Assembly (NCBI GenBank): GCA_023457715.1
Contig: JAEWKR010000119.1
Span: 29,531 to 93,530, forward strand
Length of the DNA stretch: 64,000 nt
From: Verrucomicrobiota bacterium
Lineage (GTDB): Bacteria; Verrucomicrobiota; Verrucomicrobiia; Opitutales; Opitutaceae
Direction of reading: 5' to 3'
This document shows positions 9,759-19,004 of this stretch, piece after piece; the first letter of the stretch is position 1; each line of letters starts with the position of its first letter. The translations under genes and the position numbers were made by a program. The notes under the pieces were generated by a model, which was given only the letters and a program-made list of their open reading frames with translations, searched no databases and was not told the DNA's origin.

Positions 9759-12440
9759 CTACTGGCCATTTTCCCACGCGGGCAGCGAATCCCCGGCCAG
9801 CTCCAGCGTTTGGATCGCGTTCAGCGCCCATTGGACGCTGGCCACCCCATGCAGCTGCCACCCGACCGAACCGCCCAGAAAGGCGGGCTCCGTGACCGTG
9901 CGGCCAAGCGGGTCGCGGACCTTTCGCGGCTGCGGGAGTGTGGGAAGTTTCCCGGGCGGACCGATCAGCTTTTCCCAGGCGAGCCGCCCCAGGACGGGGT
10001 CCCGCTTTTTGAACGAAGCGTAAGCGAGCAGTCGCGGACCGGTCATGTGGTTCCCTTCCACCGCGCGGCCGACCGCCTCGCAGGTCTCGACCCACGCGCG
10101 CCAAAACTCCGGAATATCGTACATCGGCTCCATCTCCCACATGTTCTCAGGGCCGCCGAAAATCATGTCGAAGTAGCGGCCGGGGAAACGTCCCGCCTGA
10201 TCGACGGACGCCGCCATGGCCCGCATGTCGGATTCCATGCGCGCGCGCCAGGCCGGGTCGACGCCGCGCTCCCATTCGGTGGTCCAGTTGAGCGCGTAGC
10301 ACATCCACTCCAGCCCGAACCGGGTGTTCGGTTTGCGCTCCGCGGCGGTCGGCCGCGGTCCGAATTCCTCGGGTCGCGGCGCCGGCACGACAGCGGGAGC
10401 ATTCGGAAACGCGGGCGGGGTGCGGACATCGAGTCGCGGGCTGCCGTCCGGATTAGGGACATAATGGGAGTTGTTGAACTGCTGGAGGTACGTGTACGCG
10501 AGGTCGGCGTCGACCTGGTCGCGGAGGAGGTCCCCGACGCGGCCGTCACCTCCGCTCAGAAAATAATAGAAGCGCAGCAGACCCGCGTGACTGGCTCGCG
10601 GCTGCTTCGCGCCGTCACCCCAGTGGTTGACGTTGTGCCGCGAGCCCAGAGGCGCGAACGGCCCGAGATGGTGCACGTCCACTTCGCTGGTGTGGCGGGT
10701 CATCGCCTCGGCGAATCGGTACCAGTCGGCCCGTCCGGTGCGCAGGAACGAATACCAGAGCAGCAGGTCCGGCATGAGCTCGGTGTTGGCCCAGGCCCAG
10801 CCGCCGATGTCGTAGCGCCATTCCTGCCGCGCGAAATCGTAGTTGTGCATGATGTCACCGAAGTCCCAGAACCCGTACCACGAACGTTCGTCCACCTGGC
10901 CGCGGTAGAACTCCACCAGGCCCTCCACCTGGTGCTCGATCCAGCGCTTCGCCGGCGTGGAATGATCGGGCAGGCTCCAATGGCCGAACACGCGCTGCTG
11001 GTGATAATACTGCGGCGCGCACACCAGCAGGGGCGGCGTCTTCGCAGCCCGGGCGATCGCCGCGAGTCGCTCTGCGCCGGGGATGCCGTCGAGGACCCAG
11101 AGGGTCAGGTCATGCGTTGCGGCGACGCCGTACGGCGAGCCCCAGCCCGGCTTCCAGTCCTCGTAATTGATGGCGAGTCCGTGCGGCGTCTCGCTGTACC
11201 GGCGCAGGTCCATGGCGGGCGCGTCCGGCGACCAGAACCAAACCGCCAGCCGGCCGCGGGGAGTGCCCCCGCCGGTGACCTCGAGGGCGGCCGGGCAGCG
11301 TTGCCAGAAATCCCTGGCCCCCACGGCAAGGGCGCCGGACGTGTCGCCCAGCAGCACGAGCCCGTTGGCCCGGCGTCCGTCCGTCACGTGCAGCCACGAC
11401 GCTTCGGCGGTGGTCCGTTTCCACAGGGACCAGCCGTTGGGCGAGAGTTGCGTCAACTTGGCATCGCCCCAGACCGGCATGGTGTGGAGCGCGTCCTGCG
11501 TGCGCTTCTCCAACTGTTCGAACGCCGGGACGCGCTGACCGTCCAGATGTGGGCCGTAGAGCGCAGCCGCCTGCGGGCCCGCTTGCGGACGAAATCCGGG
11601 GAGCATCCGGACCGGTTGCGCCCAGGCGCCGGCGTCGTCGGTGCCCAGCCGGATGTGGCGGTTGTGCGCTTCGTCCCGGAACGGAACCTCGAAGGTGAGG
11701 CCGAGGGCCCGGATGAAATCGTGGTCGGCGTTTCCGTCGTAAGTAAAGGAATGGGTCATCCGCAATGCCGCGGAATCCGCGTGGAAGTACAGCCGGAGCG
11801 AGAACGGCAGCCAGGTCCGGGTGCCGGCATTCGACCGGTGGCGCCCGGTCACCTTGATCGCCGCGCGGAGGGGGCCGGCCTGCTCGACCGTGACCGTCTC
11901 GACCTCGCTGACGAAGGTCTCCTCGCGACGGAGACCCTGGGTGGCGAGTTCCGCGCGCTCCTCCCGTTGCGCGACCAGTTGCCCGCGTTCGGCGATGACG
12001 CGCCCGTCGGGGAGGGTCAGGGTGGCCACGATGTCAGCCCCGCGCCTGGGCAGCCGGGCGGTGTACACGCCGGTATCGATGGTGATGGCGTCGGCGGCAT
12101 CGATGACTCGGAGCGTGCGCGTCGTCGGAGCTGAGGCATTTGGCCGCAACATGCGATCGACCCCCTGCCGCAGGGCCAGGGGACCGGCGGCTTCCCTGGT
12201 GTGCGCGAGCGCATGGCCCGACCACTTCACGGACCCGTCCGGCCAGAACGCGAGCGGCCACCATTGCATCGGCAGGGACGACCCGTTCGCGGCGCTCAAA
12301 ACCAGCGTGGCGTCCTTCCGCAGCGCGGCCTTGGGCCACGGGACGCCCCAGCTTACGGCGGCATCGGCCTCGGGCGGCTGGCCATCGAGCCAATGCAGGG
12401 TGACGGGCTCGGACGCAGCCGCGGCGAGCGGAAGAACCAA
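9759..12440 (-). CDS. Exo-rhamnogalacturonan lyase-like protein (PL26/PcRGLX-like); true start probably ATG 12475 via a 1-nt frameshift
   Basis: WGVPWPK, PLAFWPDGSVKWSGHA, WYGFWDFGDIMHNYD, WRYDIGGWAWANTE, AEAMTRHTSEVD, GSRHNVNHWG motifs; pectin-cluster context. Confidence 0.78.
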   Translation of the reverse strand: MVLPLAAAASEPVTLHWLDGQPPEADAAVSWGVPWPKAALRKDATLVLSAANGSSLPMQWWPLAFWPDGSVKWSGHALAHTREAAGPLALRQGVDRMLRPNASAPTTRTLRVIDAADAITIDTGVYTARLPRRGADIVATLTLPDGRVIAERGQLVAQREERAELATQGLRREETFVSEVETVTVEQAGPLRAAIKVTGRHRSNAGTRTWLPFSLRLYFHADSAALRMTHSFTYDGNADHDFIRALGLTFEVPFRDEAHNRHIRLGTDDAGAWAQPVRMLPGFRPQAGPQAAALYGPHLDGQRVPAFEQLEKRTQDALHTMPVWGDAKLTQLSPNGWSLWKRTTAEASWLHVTDGRRANGLVLLGDTSGALAVGARDFWQRCPAALEVTGGGTPRGRLAVWFWSPDAPAMDLRRYSETPHGLAINYEDWKPGWGSPYGVAATHDLTLWVLDGIPGAERLAAIARAAKTPPLLVCAPQYYHQQRVFGHWSLPDHSTPAKRWIEHQVEGLVEFYRGQVDERSWYGFWDFGDIMHNYDFARQEWRYDIGGWAWANTELMPDLLLWYSFLRTGRADWYRFAEAMTRHTSEVDVHHLGPFAPLGSRHNVNHWGDGAKQPRASHAGLLRFYYFLSGGDGRVGDLLRDQVDADLAYTYLQQFNNSHYVPNPDGSPRLDVRTPPAFPNAPAVVPAPRPEEFGPRPTAAERKPNTRFGLEWMCYALNWTTEWERGVDPAWRARMESDMRAMAASVDQAGRFPGRYFDMIFGGPENMWEMEPMYDIPEFWRAWVETCEAVGRAVEGNHMTGPRLLAYASFKKRDPVLGRLAWEKLIGPPGKLPTLPQPRKVRDPLGRTVTEPAFLGGSVGWQLHGVASVQWALNAIQTLELAGDSLPAWENGQ

Positions 12441-12485
12441 GGCAACGGTGAGACAAACCAGCGGGGGAGGCTCATGTTCGAAGGG

Positions 12486-12509
12486 GTAGCGCGCCCTACG
12501 CGGCGCGCT
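12486..12509 (+). repeat. Single GTAG-type REP-like palindrome
   Basis: GT-AGCGCGCC-ctacgc-GGCGCGCT. Confidence 0.45.
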
Positions 12510-12645
12510 GGGAAAGGTGACAGACCTCGAACCGTTTCGCAGCGCCGCCGTGCGATGATGAGGCCGGACAGTGGGATGACACGTGGGGTGCCGCGGCCCT
12601 CACATCTGGACTGGCGCCAGGCGAACGGTGGGTGCACGTTTCGGT

Positions 12646-14427
12646 ATGGAAAAACGTCCGTTTGCCGAGTTGGGGCTCTCGCCTGAAATGTTGAAGGCCG
12701 TCGCGAAGATGGGCTTCGAGGAGGCGTCTCCGATTCAGACCGCGGTCATTCCGGTGGCGTTGACGGGGCGGGATCTGGTCGGCCAATCGGCAACGGGGTC
12801 CGGCAAGACTGCCGCGTTCGCCATCCCTGCGATCGAACGGGTGGAGCCCAAACGCCGCGTAGTCCAGGTGCTCGTCCTGTGTCCTACCCGCGAACTGGCC
12901 GTGCAGGTGGCCGAAGAGACCGGCAAGCTGGCCTTCTTCAAACCGGGCCTGCGCGAGGTGCCGATCTATGGAGGCCAGAGCTACGACCGGCAATTCCGTG
13001 CGCTCGAGAGCGGCGTGCAGGTCGTGATCGGTACTCCCGGGCGCGTGATGGATCACATGGAGCGGGGTACGCTCAAGCTCGACAACCTGAAGACCGTGAT
13101 CCTCGACGAAGCCGATCGGATGCTGGACATGGGTTTCCGTGAGGACATCGAGAAGATCCTTTCGGCGACGCCGGAGGGACGTCAGTTGCTGTTTTTTTCG
13201 GCCACGATGCCGCGCCCGATCCAGGACCTGATCAAGCGGTTCGCCAAGGATCCGGCCTGGATCAAGATCGAGGCCCAGGCGCAGAACGCGCCGCAGGTGG
13301 AGCAGGTGTATTTCGAGGTGGACCGTCGCTCGAAGCTGGAGGCGCTGACGCGCGTCATCGACCGTCACGATTTTCGCTACGGGATCATTTTCTGCAGCAC
13401 GAAGATCATGGTCGACGATCTCGACGAGCACCTGCACGCGCGCGGTTACGCCGTCGATCGGCTGCATGGCGACATCTCACAGATGCAGCGTAACCGCGTC
13501 ATGGAGAAGTTCCGCGAGCGGAAGTTCGAGTTCCTGATCGCGACCGACGTGGCCGCGCGCGGATTGGACGTGGACGACCTCGAAGTCGTGATCAATTTCG
13601 ACCTGCCGAACGACGCCGAGGACTACACGCACCGCATCGGGCGAACCGGAAGGGCGGGGCGCTCCGGACGGGCGTTCACGTTCGTTTCGGGCCAGGAGAT
13701 CTACCGGCTGCAGAGCATGATCCGGTTTGCGAAGCTGAAGATCACGCGGGGCACGATCCCATCGTTGGGCGAAGTCGAGGAAGCGAAGAGCAACGCGTTG
13801 TTCGAGCGGCTTCAGGCGACGCTCGACGCGCGCGAGTTTCGTCCGCGTGACGAGATCGTGGATCGCCTGCTTGAGGCCGGGTACCCCAGCACGGACATCT
13901 GTTCGGCGTTGATCCATCTTCTGCATGCCAACGAGGCGCCCGCGAAGCCGGCGGCCGCGCCCGCCCGTCCCGCGCAGCCGGAAGCTGCGCCCCGGGAACA
14001 GTCGGGCTGGCGTTTCGGCGACGCTCCGCCCGCTCCGCGACGGGCGTCAACTCCGGCTCCGGCGGCGGCCGCGCCGCAGTGGACCCCCGCCGGCCGCGCC
14101 GCCGCGCCCAAGGCCTCCCCTGACGTCGAGGGCGAAGCGCCGCGGAAGCGGAAATACGACCGTCCGGCCCGCACCGGTCGCGACGAAGCCATGGCGACGA
14201 TCTTCCTCAACGTCGGGCGTGACCAGTTGATCACGCCGGCGGACATCGTGGGGAAGATCGCCGGGGTGACGAGGCTGCCAGCGACCGTCGTCGGCGCCAT
14301 CGACATCCACGACCGTCACACGTTGGTCGACCTCTCGAAGGAGCACGCGACGGCGATCCTGGCCAAACTCGATGGAATCAAGCTCAAGGGCGTCGCGCTC
14401 CGCCCGGCCGCCGCGCCCAAGGAATAG
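12646..14427 (+). CDS. deaD: DEAD-box RNA helicase (DeaD/CsdA-like) with C-terminal DbpA-type RNA-binding domain
   Basis: Q motif GFEEASPIQ, SATGSGKT, PTRELA, TPGR, DEAD, SAT, ARGLD, HRIGRTGRAG; C-terminal FLNVGR...GAIDI. Confidence 0.93.
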   Translation: MEKRPFAELGLSPEMLKAVAKMGFEEASPIQTAVIPVALTGRDLVGQSATGSGKTAAFAIPAIERVEPKRRVVQVLVLCPTRELAVQVAEETGKLAFFKPGLREVPIYGGQSYDRQFRALESGVQVVIGTPGRVMDHMERGTLKLDNLKTVILDEADRMLDMGFREDIEKILSATPEGRQLLFFSATMPRPIQDLIKRFAKDPAWIKIEAQAQNAPQVEQVYFEVDRRSKLEALTRVIDRHDFRYGIIFCSTKIMVDDLDEHLHARGYAVDRLHGDISQMQRNRVMEKFRERKFEFLIATDVAARGLDVDDLEVVINFDLPNDAEDYTHRIGRTGRAGRSGRAFTFVSGQEIYRLQSMIRFAKLKITRGTIPSLGEVEEAKSNALFERLQATLDAREFRPRDEIVDRLLEAGYPSTDICSALIHLLHANEAPAKPAAAPARPAQPEAAPREQSGWRFGDAPPAPRRASTPAPAAAAPQWTPAGRAAAPKASPDVEGEAPRKRKYDRPARTGRDEAMATIFLNVGRDQLITPADIVGKIAGVTRLPATVVGAIDIHDRHTLVDLSKEHATAILAKLDGIKLKGVALRPAAAPKE

Positions 14428-14566
14428 CGACGCGCGGAAAGTTTCCAAACTGGTCAGCCGCGAAGGAACGCGAAGAGGCGAACCGCTGGAAGGGGAACGC
14501 TGATTCGCGCTGATCTCCGCTGATAACGGATGGCGGCGGCGGCTGCGGTGGGCCCTCCCTTTCCCC

Positions 14567-14593
14567 GTAGCGGGGAGCGCCAGCGAGACGATC
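14567..14593 (+). repeat. 27-bp direct repeat copy 1 (GTAGCGGGGAGCGCCAGCGAGACGATC)
   Basis: Identical to 17030-17056; its 3' 17 nt also occur at 5635-5651. Confidence 0.9.
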
Positions 14594-14608
14594 CTACGCC
14601 GCGTACGC

Positions 14609-16045
14609 TCACTGTTTCTTCTCCAGCGGGGGCAGCGTCGGGCGAAGCCATGGCACGTACGCCCAATCCCTCTTGCCGGGATGCACGTACGGATCGCTGC
14701 GGTCCATCTCGCGGAGCTTGTGCAGCACTGCCGCGTAGCCGTCATTCAACGCAAGATCGATGAGTTCACGCGCACGTGGCGTGGCGCTGGCACGTGCGGC
14801 CTTCATCGTGTCGCGCACAACCGATTGGGGTAGATTCGAGGCCAGCAGTTCGAGGGCGTGGGCTCCCTCGTAGAACCCCCGGGGCTCATCAACCAAAGGT
14901 ACGCGGGCGATCAGTTCACGCAGGTATGCGGGTTCGCCTGAAGCACAGAAAGCTCCCCAAAGCGCAAACGTGGTTTCGGCATCCTGGAGCCGAGTCGCGT
15001 CGACCTTCATGATAATCCGGGGATCATCTCGTTTGAGCCGCAGGGCCATGCGCAGGAAGTACACAGCGTCGTCGTGCTTCAGTTGCCGGATGACCGCCTG
15101 CCATTCTTCGAGGCGTTCGGGGTTGCGGGACATCACTTCCGCGAAAAAGCCGACGCAGGTGTAGGCTCGCTGAAGAGCTCCAACATGGGAGCCGCGGTAC
15201 CGGTCGAGAAACCGGGCGCGGGCTAGCCACTGCATGGCCGGGGTGACTAGGTCTGGCCGGGGGTTGCGGTAATAGCCGAGCGCAAACCTGGTGAATTCCT
15301 CCTCGGTGCTGATCGTATCGGTCGTGGTCGGATTCGGGCTGCCCTGCGCCGTCACCTTCAGCACCAGCAGCAGCCGGTAATCGTTGTCGCTCGGCGATGG
15401 CAACAGACGGCCGCCCCATTCTCCGAGCGGCATCTCCAGATCAAAGCGCTCCTCGAAACGGGCCAGCACCGGTTTGCCAACGGCGAGGCTCACACCCGGT
15501 AACTCTTCGCGCCGGGCCACGGTGACGAGTTCCAGCCCGCAGGCAACGCGCTGGGCGTCGAGCGCCCGCGCCCGGACCAGGGTGAACCGGAGGTCGAAAC
15601 GCGGGGCGTCGGGCGAGTCCTTCTCGATGGTTCGCACGTACAGGGAGCCGTCTGCCTGTTTCTCCATGTACTGAAGCGCCGCCGCGGATTTGAGCTGCAC
15701 GGGTTTGCCCGCACGCGTGGTGATCGATGGAATCGAAATCGCGGTGAAACGGCTCGAGGGACCGCCGCCGGTCCATGTCAGGTCGGTGTCCTGCAGCGAC
15801 AAGGTTTCATGATCAAAGTGCAGCACGGCCGGCGCGCGAAAAAATCCCTGGCTCACGTCGACAGCCTCTTTCGAGCCGCGGATCTCCACCTGACCGAAGT
15901 CCGAGGAGCGAAAGACATAGACGTGACCTTGCAGCTGGAATGACTCGGCCTCGCGAGACGGTCCGGCGGTTCGGTCGCTGCCACGCGCCGCGGGAAGGCC
16001 AGCGACCAGCAGGATCGACGAACAAAGCAGGGCTAATCGGTTCAT
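14609..16045 (-). CDS. Hypothetical secreted protein
   Basis: 478-aa ORF with signal peptide, directly downstream of the anti-sigma-like gene. Confidence 0.75.
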   Translation of the reverse strand: MNRLALLCSSILLVAGLPAARGSDRTAGPSREAESFQLQGHVYVFRSSDFGQVEIRGSKEAVDVSQGFFRAPAVLHFDHETLSLQDTDLTWTGGGPSSRFTAISIPSITTRAGKPVQLKSAAALQYMEKQADGSLYVRTIEKDSPDAPRFDLRFTLVRARALDAQRVACGLELVTVARREELPGVSLAVGKPVLARFEERFDLEMPLGEWGGRLLPSPSDNDYRLLLVLKVTAQGSPNPTTTDTISTEEEFTRFALGYYRNPRPDLVTPAMQWLARARFLDRYRGSHVGALQRAYTCVGFFAEVMSRNPERLEEWQAVIRQLKHDDAVYFLRMALRLKRDDPRIIMKVDATRLQDAETTFALWGAFCASGEPAYLRELIARVPLVDEPRGFYEGAHALELLASNLPQSVVRDTMKAARASATPRARELIDLALNDGYAAVLHKLREMDRSDPYVHPGKRDWAYVPWLRPTLPPLEKKQ

Positions 16046-16056
16046 AGGGGCAGCGG

Positions 16057-16434
16057 TTAGAGTTGTGGGGTGCCGATGGCGTTCGGTTCCGGCAAGAATT
16101 CGGGAGGGCCGTGGCGGCGTGCCGCCGGATCGAGGAGCATCTCGCGCAGACGGCCTTCCGCCTCGAAGGTGTAAACGTCAGCGGGAGATTGCGGAGCGCT
16201 CGCGACGAGACCGCTGGGCCGCGCCGCCGGAGAGCCGGGACGAGCCAGGACGATGAACAGCACGGCTGCGATCCCGGTGCCGGCGAACGTTGCAAGCCAG
16301 AGCCACGGCCACGGCGATGTGCGGGTTCGCGACCGGCGGCGGGCGGCCGCGAATGCCGCTTCCACGCGTCGATCCAGGGCAGGTGAGGGGCGCGATCGTT
16401 TCGCCGCTCGGAGTTCGCGTTCGATGGGGTCCAT
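16057..16434 (-). CDS. Small single-TM protein, putative anti-sigma factor
   Basis: MDPIERELR...PSPALDRRV then a TM helix; start overlaps the ECF sigma stop. Confidence 0.65.
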   Translation of the reverse strand: MDPIERELRAAKRSRPSPALDRRVEAAFAAARRRSRTRTSPWPWLWLATFAGTGIAAVLFIVLARPGSPAARPSGLVASAPQSPADVYTFEAEGRLREMLLDPAARRHGPPEFLPEPNAIGTPQL

Positions 16435-16919
16435 TAGCGTTCCTTGGCCAGAAGGGTTCTCAGTCGTTCGAGTCCGCGGCGGTGCCAGGACGCCACGGTC
16501 GGTAAAGGTTGACCGCGCACCTCTGCGATCTCGTGGAAAGTGAGCCCGCCATAGGTTTTGAGCACGATGGTCTCCCGTTCGTCCGGGGTGAGTTGATCGA
16601 GGAGCGTTTGCAGATCGGCCGCACCGAGCGCGTCCTGAACGACGTCTGCGTCGTCAGCGGACGCGGCGAGGACGAAGACGGAATCGGTGCGAACCCGGTC
16701 GCGCCGCAAGGTGTCGTACGCGGCGTTGCGCACTGCCCGAAAAACGAACGGTCGCAGTTCGGCCGGCAATCGGTCGCTGCGGAGCAGCCGCTCGAATACC
16801 GCATGAACGGCGTCTTCGGCGACCTCTCGATTCCGGGTGATGGACAAGGCATACGTGAAGAGCTCCTGCCGGCTCTCCGCGTACAAGGCATGAAGGCGCT
16901 CGATGTCGGCAGGCTTCAT
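16434..16919 (-). CDS. ECF-family RNA polymerase sigma-70 factor
   Basis: Region 2 (LFTYALSITRNREVAEDAVHAVF...VRNAAYD) and region 4 (RETIVLKTYGGLTFHEIAEVRGQPLPTVAS); alternative start 16976. Confidence 0.9.
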   Translation of the reverse strand: MKPADIERLHALYAESRQELFTYALSITRNREVAEDAVHAVFERLLRSDRLPAELRPFVFRAVRNAAYDTLRRDRVRTDSVFVLAASADDADVVQDALGAADLQTLLDQLTPDERETIVLKTYGGLTFHEIAEVRGQPLPTVASWHRRGLERLRTLLAKER

Positions 16920-17029
16920 CTCGTCACGCGGAGTTCCGGCGGCGCATACCCTTGTCCACGCACCAGAGTCGCGCATTTATGCGCCCATCACGCAATTTCT
17001 CTCCGCGCAACGCAGATCGGGTCTTGAAA

Positions 17030-17056
17030 GTAGCGGGGAGCGCCAGCGAGACGATC
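17030..17056 (+). repeat. 27-bp direct repeat copy 2
   Basis: Identical to 14567-14593. Confidence 0.9.
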
Positions 17057-17122
17057 GCGGGGGCACCGAGGTGGCGCACCGCGGGCGAGCGTTGCGGTCC
17101 AAGGCCCGAACCACACACGACC

Positions 17123-17512
17123 ATGGGACTTATCAGCAGCTTAATGGGCAACGCCTCGGAAGCCGATGCAGCCGAGGTGCAGGCGGACCTCGAGGCCGTC
17201 CTGGCGCCGGGCGAGCAGGTGGGCAAGGCGTTCAAGATCTTCCGCGACGCGCTCGTCTTCACGGACCATCGCCTGATCCTGATCGACAAGCAGGGGCTCA
17301 CCGGCAGCAAGGCGACGTTCCATAGCATTCTCTACCGCAGCATCACGCAGTTCAGCGTCGAAACCGCCGGCAGCTTCGACGCCGACGCCGAGATGAAGAT
17401 CTGGGTGTCGAGTGCCGGAGAGCCCATCACCAAACAATTCAAGCGCGGCACCGACATCGTCGGCATTCAGCAGCACCTCGCGCACTGCGTCTTTGGCGCC
17501 TCCCGCAAATAG
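17123..17512 (+). CDS. Bacterial PH-domain protein (bPH_1-like)
   Basis: MGLISSLMGNASE...RDALVFTDHRLILIDKQGLTGSK...FSVETAGSFDADAEMKIW. Confidence 0.88.
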   Translation: MGLISSLMGNASEADAAEVQADLEAVLAPGEQVGKAFKIFRDALVFTDHRLILIDKQGLTGSKATFHSILYRSITQFSVETAGSFDADAEMKIWVSSAGEPITKQFKRGTDIVGIQQHLAHCVFGASRK

Positions 17513-17537
17513 CCAGTCGTCACCGACACCCCAAGCC

Positions 17538-17720
17538 GTAGTGTCACCCATTGGGTGACAACGTCGGTTAGAAATGGATACGTGGGCCGGGCGCTGTCGT
17601 GAGGAGCCGAGGTCAATCGCCCCTCAGAAAGCGCGCCTCGTCACCGGCCATTCTCGCGACCGCCCAACCCGAAGTGTCACCCATTGGGTGACAACGTCGG
17701 TTCGGTCCGGATACGTGCCG
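17538..17720 (+). repeat. Two direct copies of a GTAG-type REP palindrome with conserved tail
   Basis: G(T/A)AGTGTCACCCATTGGGTGACAACGTCGGTT...GGATACGTG at 17538 and 17671. Confidence 0.85.
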
Positions 17721-17878
17721 GGGTGGGGCAGGGCGGCCGGGCGGGGGCGCTGGAATAGCCGGGCGGGGGCGCCGGATTGCAGGACGAGGGGGGGCGCGGT
17801 CGAGGAGTGGCCGCGGCGCTCGAGGGTTGCGGGGGGAAACCGGGGAACGGAATGGCCAGCCAGGCGGGCAGGGGGCGC

Positions 17879-18937
17879 TTACGCGGTCCGGCGCTGCCAG
17901 GCTTCGACGATCTGGCGGATGGTGTCTTCCAGCGATTGCGTGATGTCCCACGCGGGGTAGTGCGCGCGCATTTTGCGCAGGTCGCTGTAATAGCAGATGT
18001 GGTCACCGGCGCGCGCCTGGTCGACGTAGGTGTGGATCTGCGGCTTGCCCGAGAATTTCTCCGCGATCTTGAAAGCCTCGAGGATGGAGCAGGAGTTCGC
18101 TTTGCCGCCGCCGAGATTGTAGACCTCGCCGGCCCGAGGCGCGGCGACGAACGCCGCCATGAAGCGGGCGACGTCGAGCGAGTGGATGTTGTCGCGCACC
18201 TGCTTGCCCTTGTAACCGAAAACCCGGTACTCGCGGCCTTCGAGATTGCACTTCACGAGGTAGCTGAGGAAGCCGTGCAACTCGACGCCGGTGTGGTTGG
18301 GGCCGGTCAGGCAGCCGCCGCGCAGCGCGCAGGTCGGCAGGTTGAAATAGCGACCGTATTCCTGCACCATGACATCCGCCGCCACCTTGCTGGCGCCGAA
18401 GAGCGAGTGCTTCGACTGGTCAATCGTGAACGTCTCCGCGATGCCGTGCTCGTACGCGGGATCAGCATAGTCCCAGCGCGTTTCGAGCTCCTGCAGCGCG
18501 ATCCGGTTCGGCGCATCGCCATAGACCTTGTTCGTGCTCATGTGCACGAACGGCGATTCGGGCGCGGCCTGGCGCGCCGCTTCAAGGAGGTTCAGCGTGC
18601 CGACCGCGTTGGTGTCGAAATCGTCGAAGGGAATGGCGGCGGCCCGGTCATGCGACGGCTGCGCGGCGGTGTGGACGATCACGGACGGACGTACCTCGCG
18701 CACCAGCGCCAGCACGCCCGCGCGGTCGCGGATATCGAGCTCGTGATGGACGAAGCCGGGCAATTCGTTCAACAGCCGCTGCTGGTTCCAGCGCGTGTCG
18801 CCCTGCGGGCCGAAGAACACGGCGCGCTGGTTGTTGTCGACACCGTGTACGGTGTAGCCAAGTTCACGCGCAAAGTAAGCGCACACTTCGGAGCCGATCA
18901 GACCGGACGAGCCGGTGACGAGGAGGTTCTTTGCCAT
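17879..18937 (-). CDS. NAD-dependent epimerase/dehydratase (CDP-paratose 2-epimerase-like)
   Basis: [42 protein letters not shown]. Confidence 0.88.
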   Translation of the reverse strand: MAKNLLVTGSSGLIGSEVCAYFARELGYTVHGVDNNQRAVFFGPQGDTRWNQQRLLNELPGFVHHELDIRDRAGVLALVREVRPSVIVHTAAQPSHDRAAAIPFDDFDTNAVGTLNLLEAARQAAPESPFVHMSTNKVYGDAPNRIALQELETRWDYADPAYEHGIAETFTIDQSKHSLFGASKVAADVMVQEYGRYFNLPTCALRGGCLTGPNHTGVELHGFLSYLVKCNLEGREYRVFGYKGKQVRDNIHSLDVARFMAAFVAAPRAGEVYNLGGGKANSCSILEAFKIAEKFSGKPQIHTYVDQARAGDHICYYSDLRKMRAHYPAWDITQSLEDTIRQIVEAWQRRTA

Positions 18938-19004
18938 GGTGGTGGCGCGGCGAGTCGCGCGGGAGAGGATGCTTTCTCGTGATCCAGGGCGGGGCAATCC
19001 AATG

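Noticed and set aside
17538..17720. Possible CRISPR array
   Set aside because: Only two copies about 133 bp apart, GTAG-palindrome structure, no cas genes; better explained as REP.
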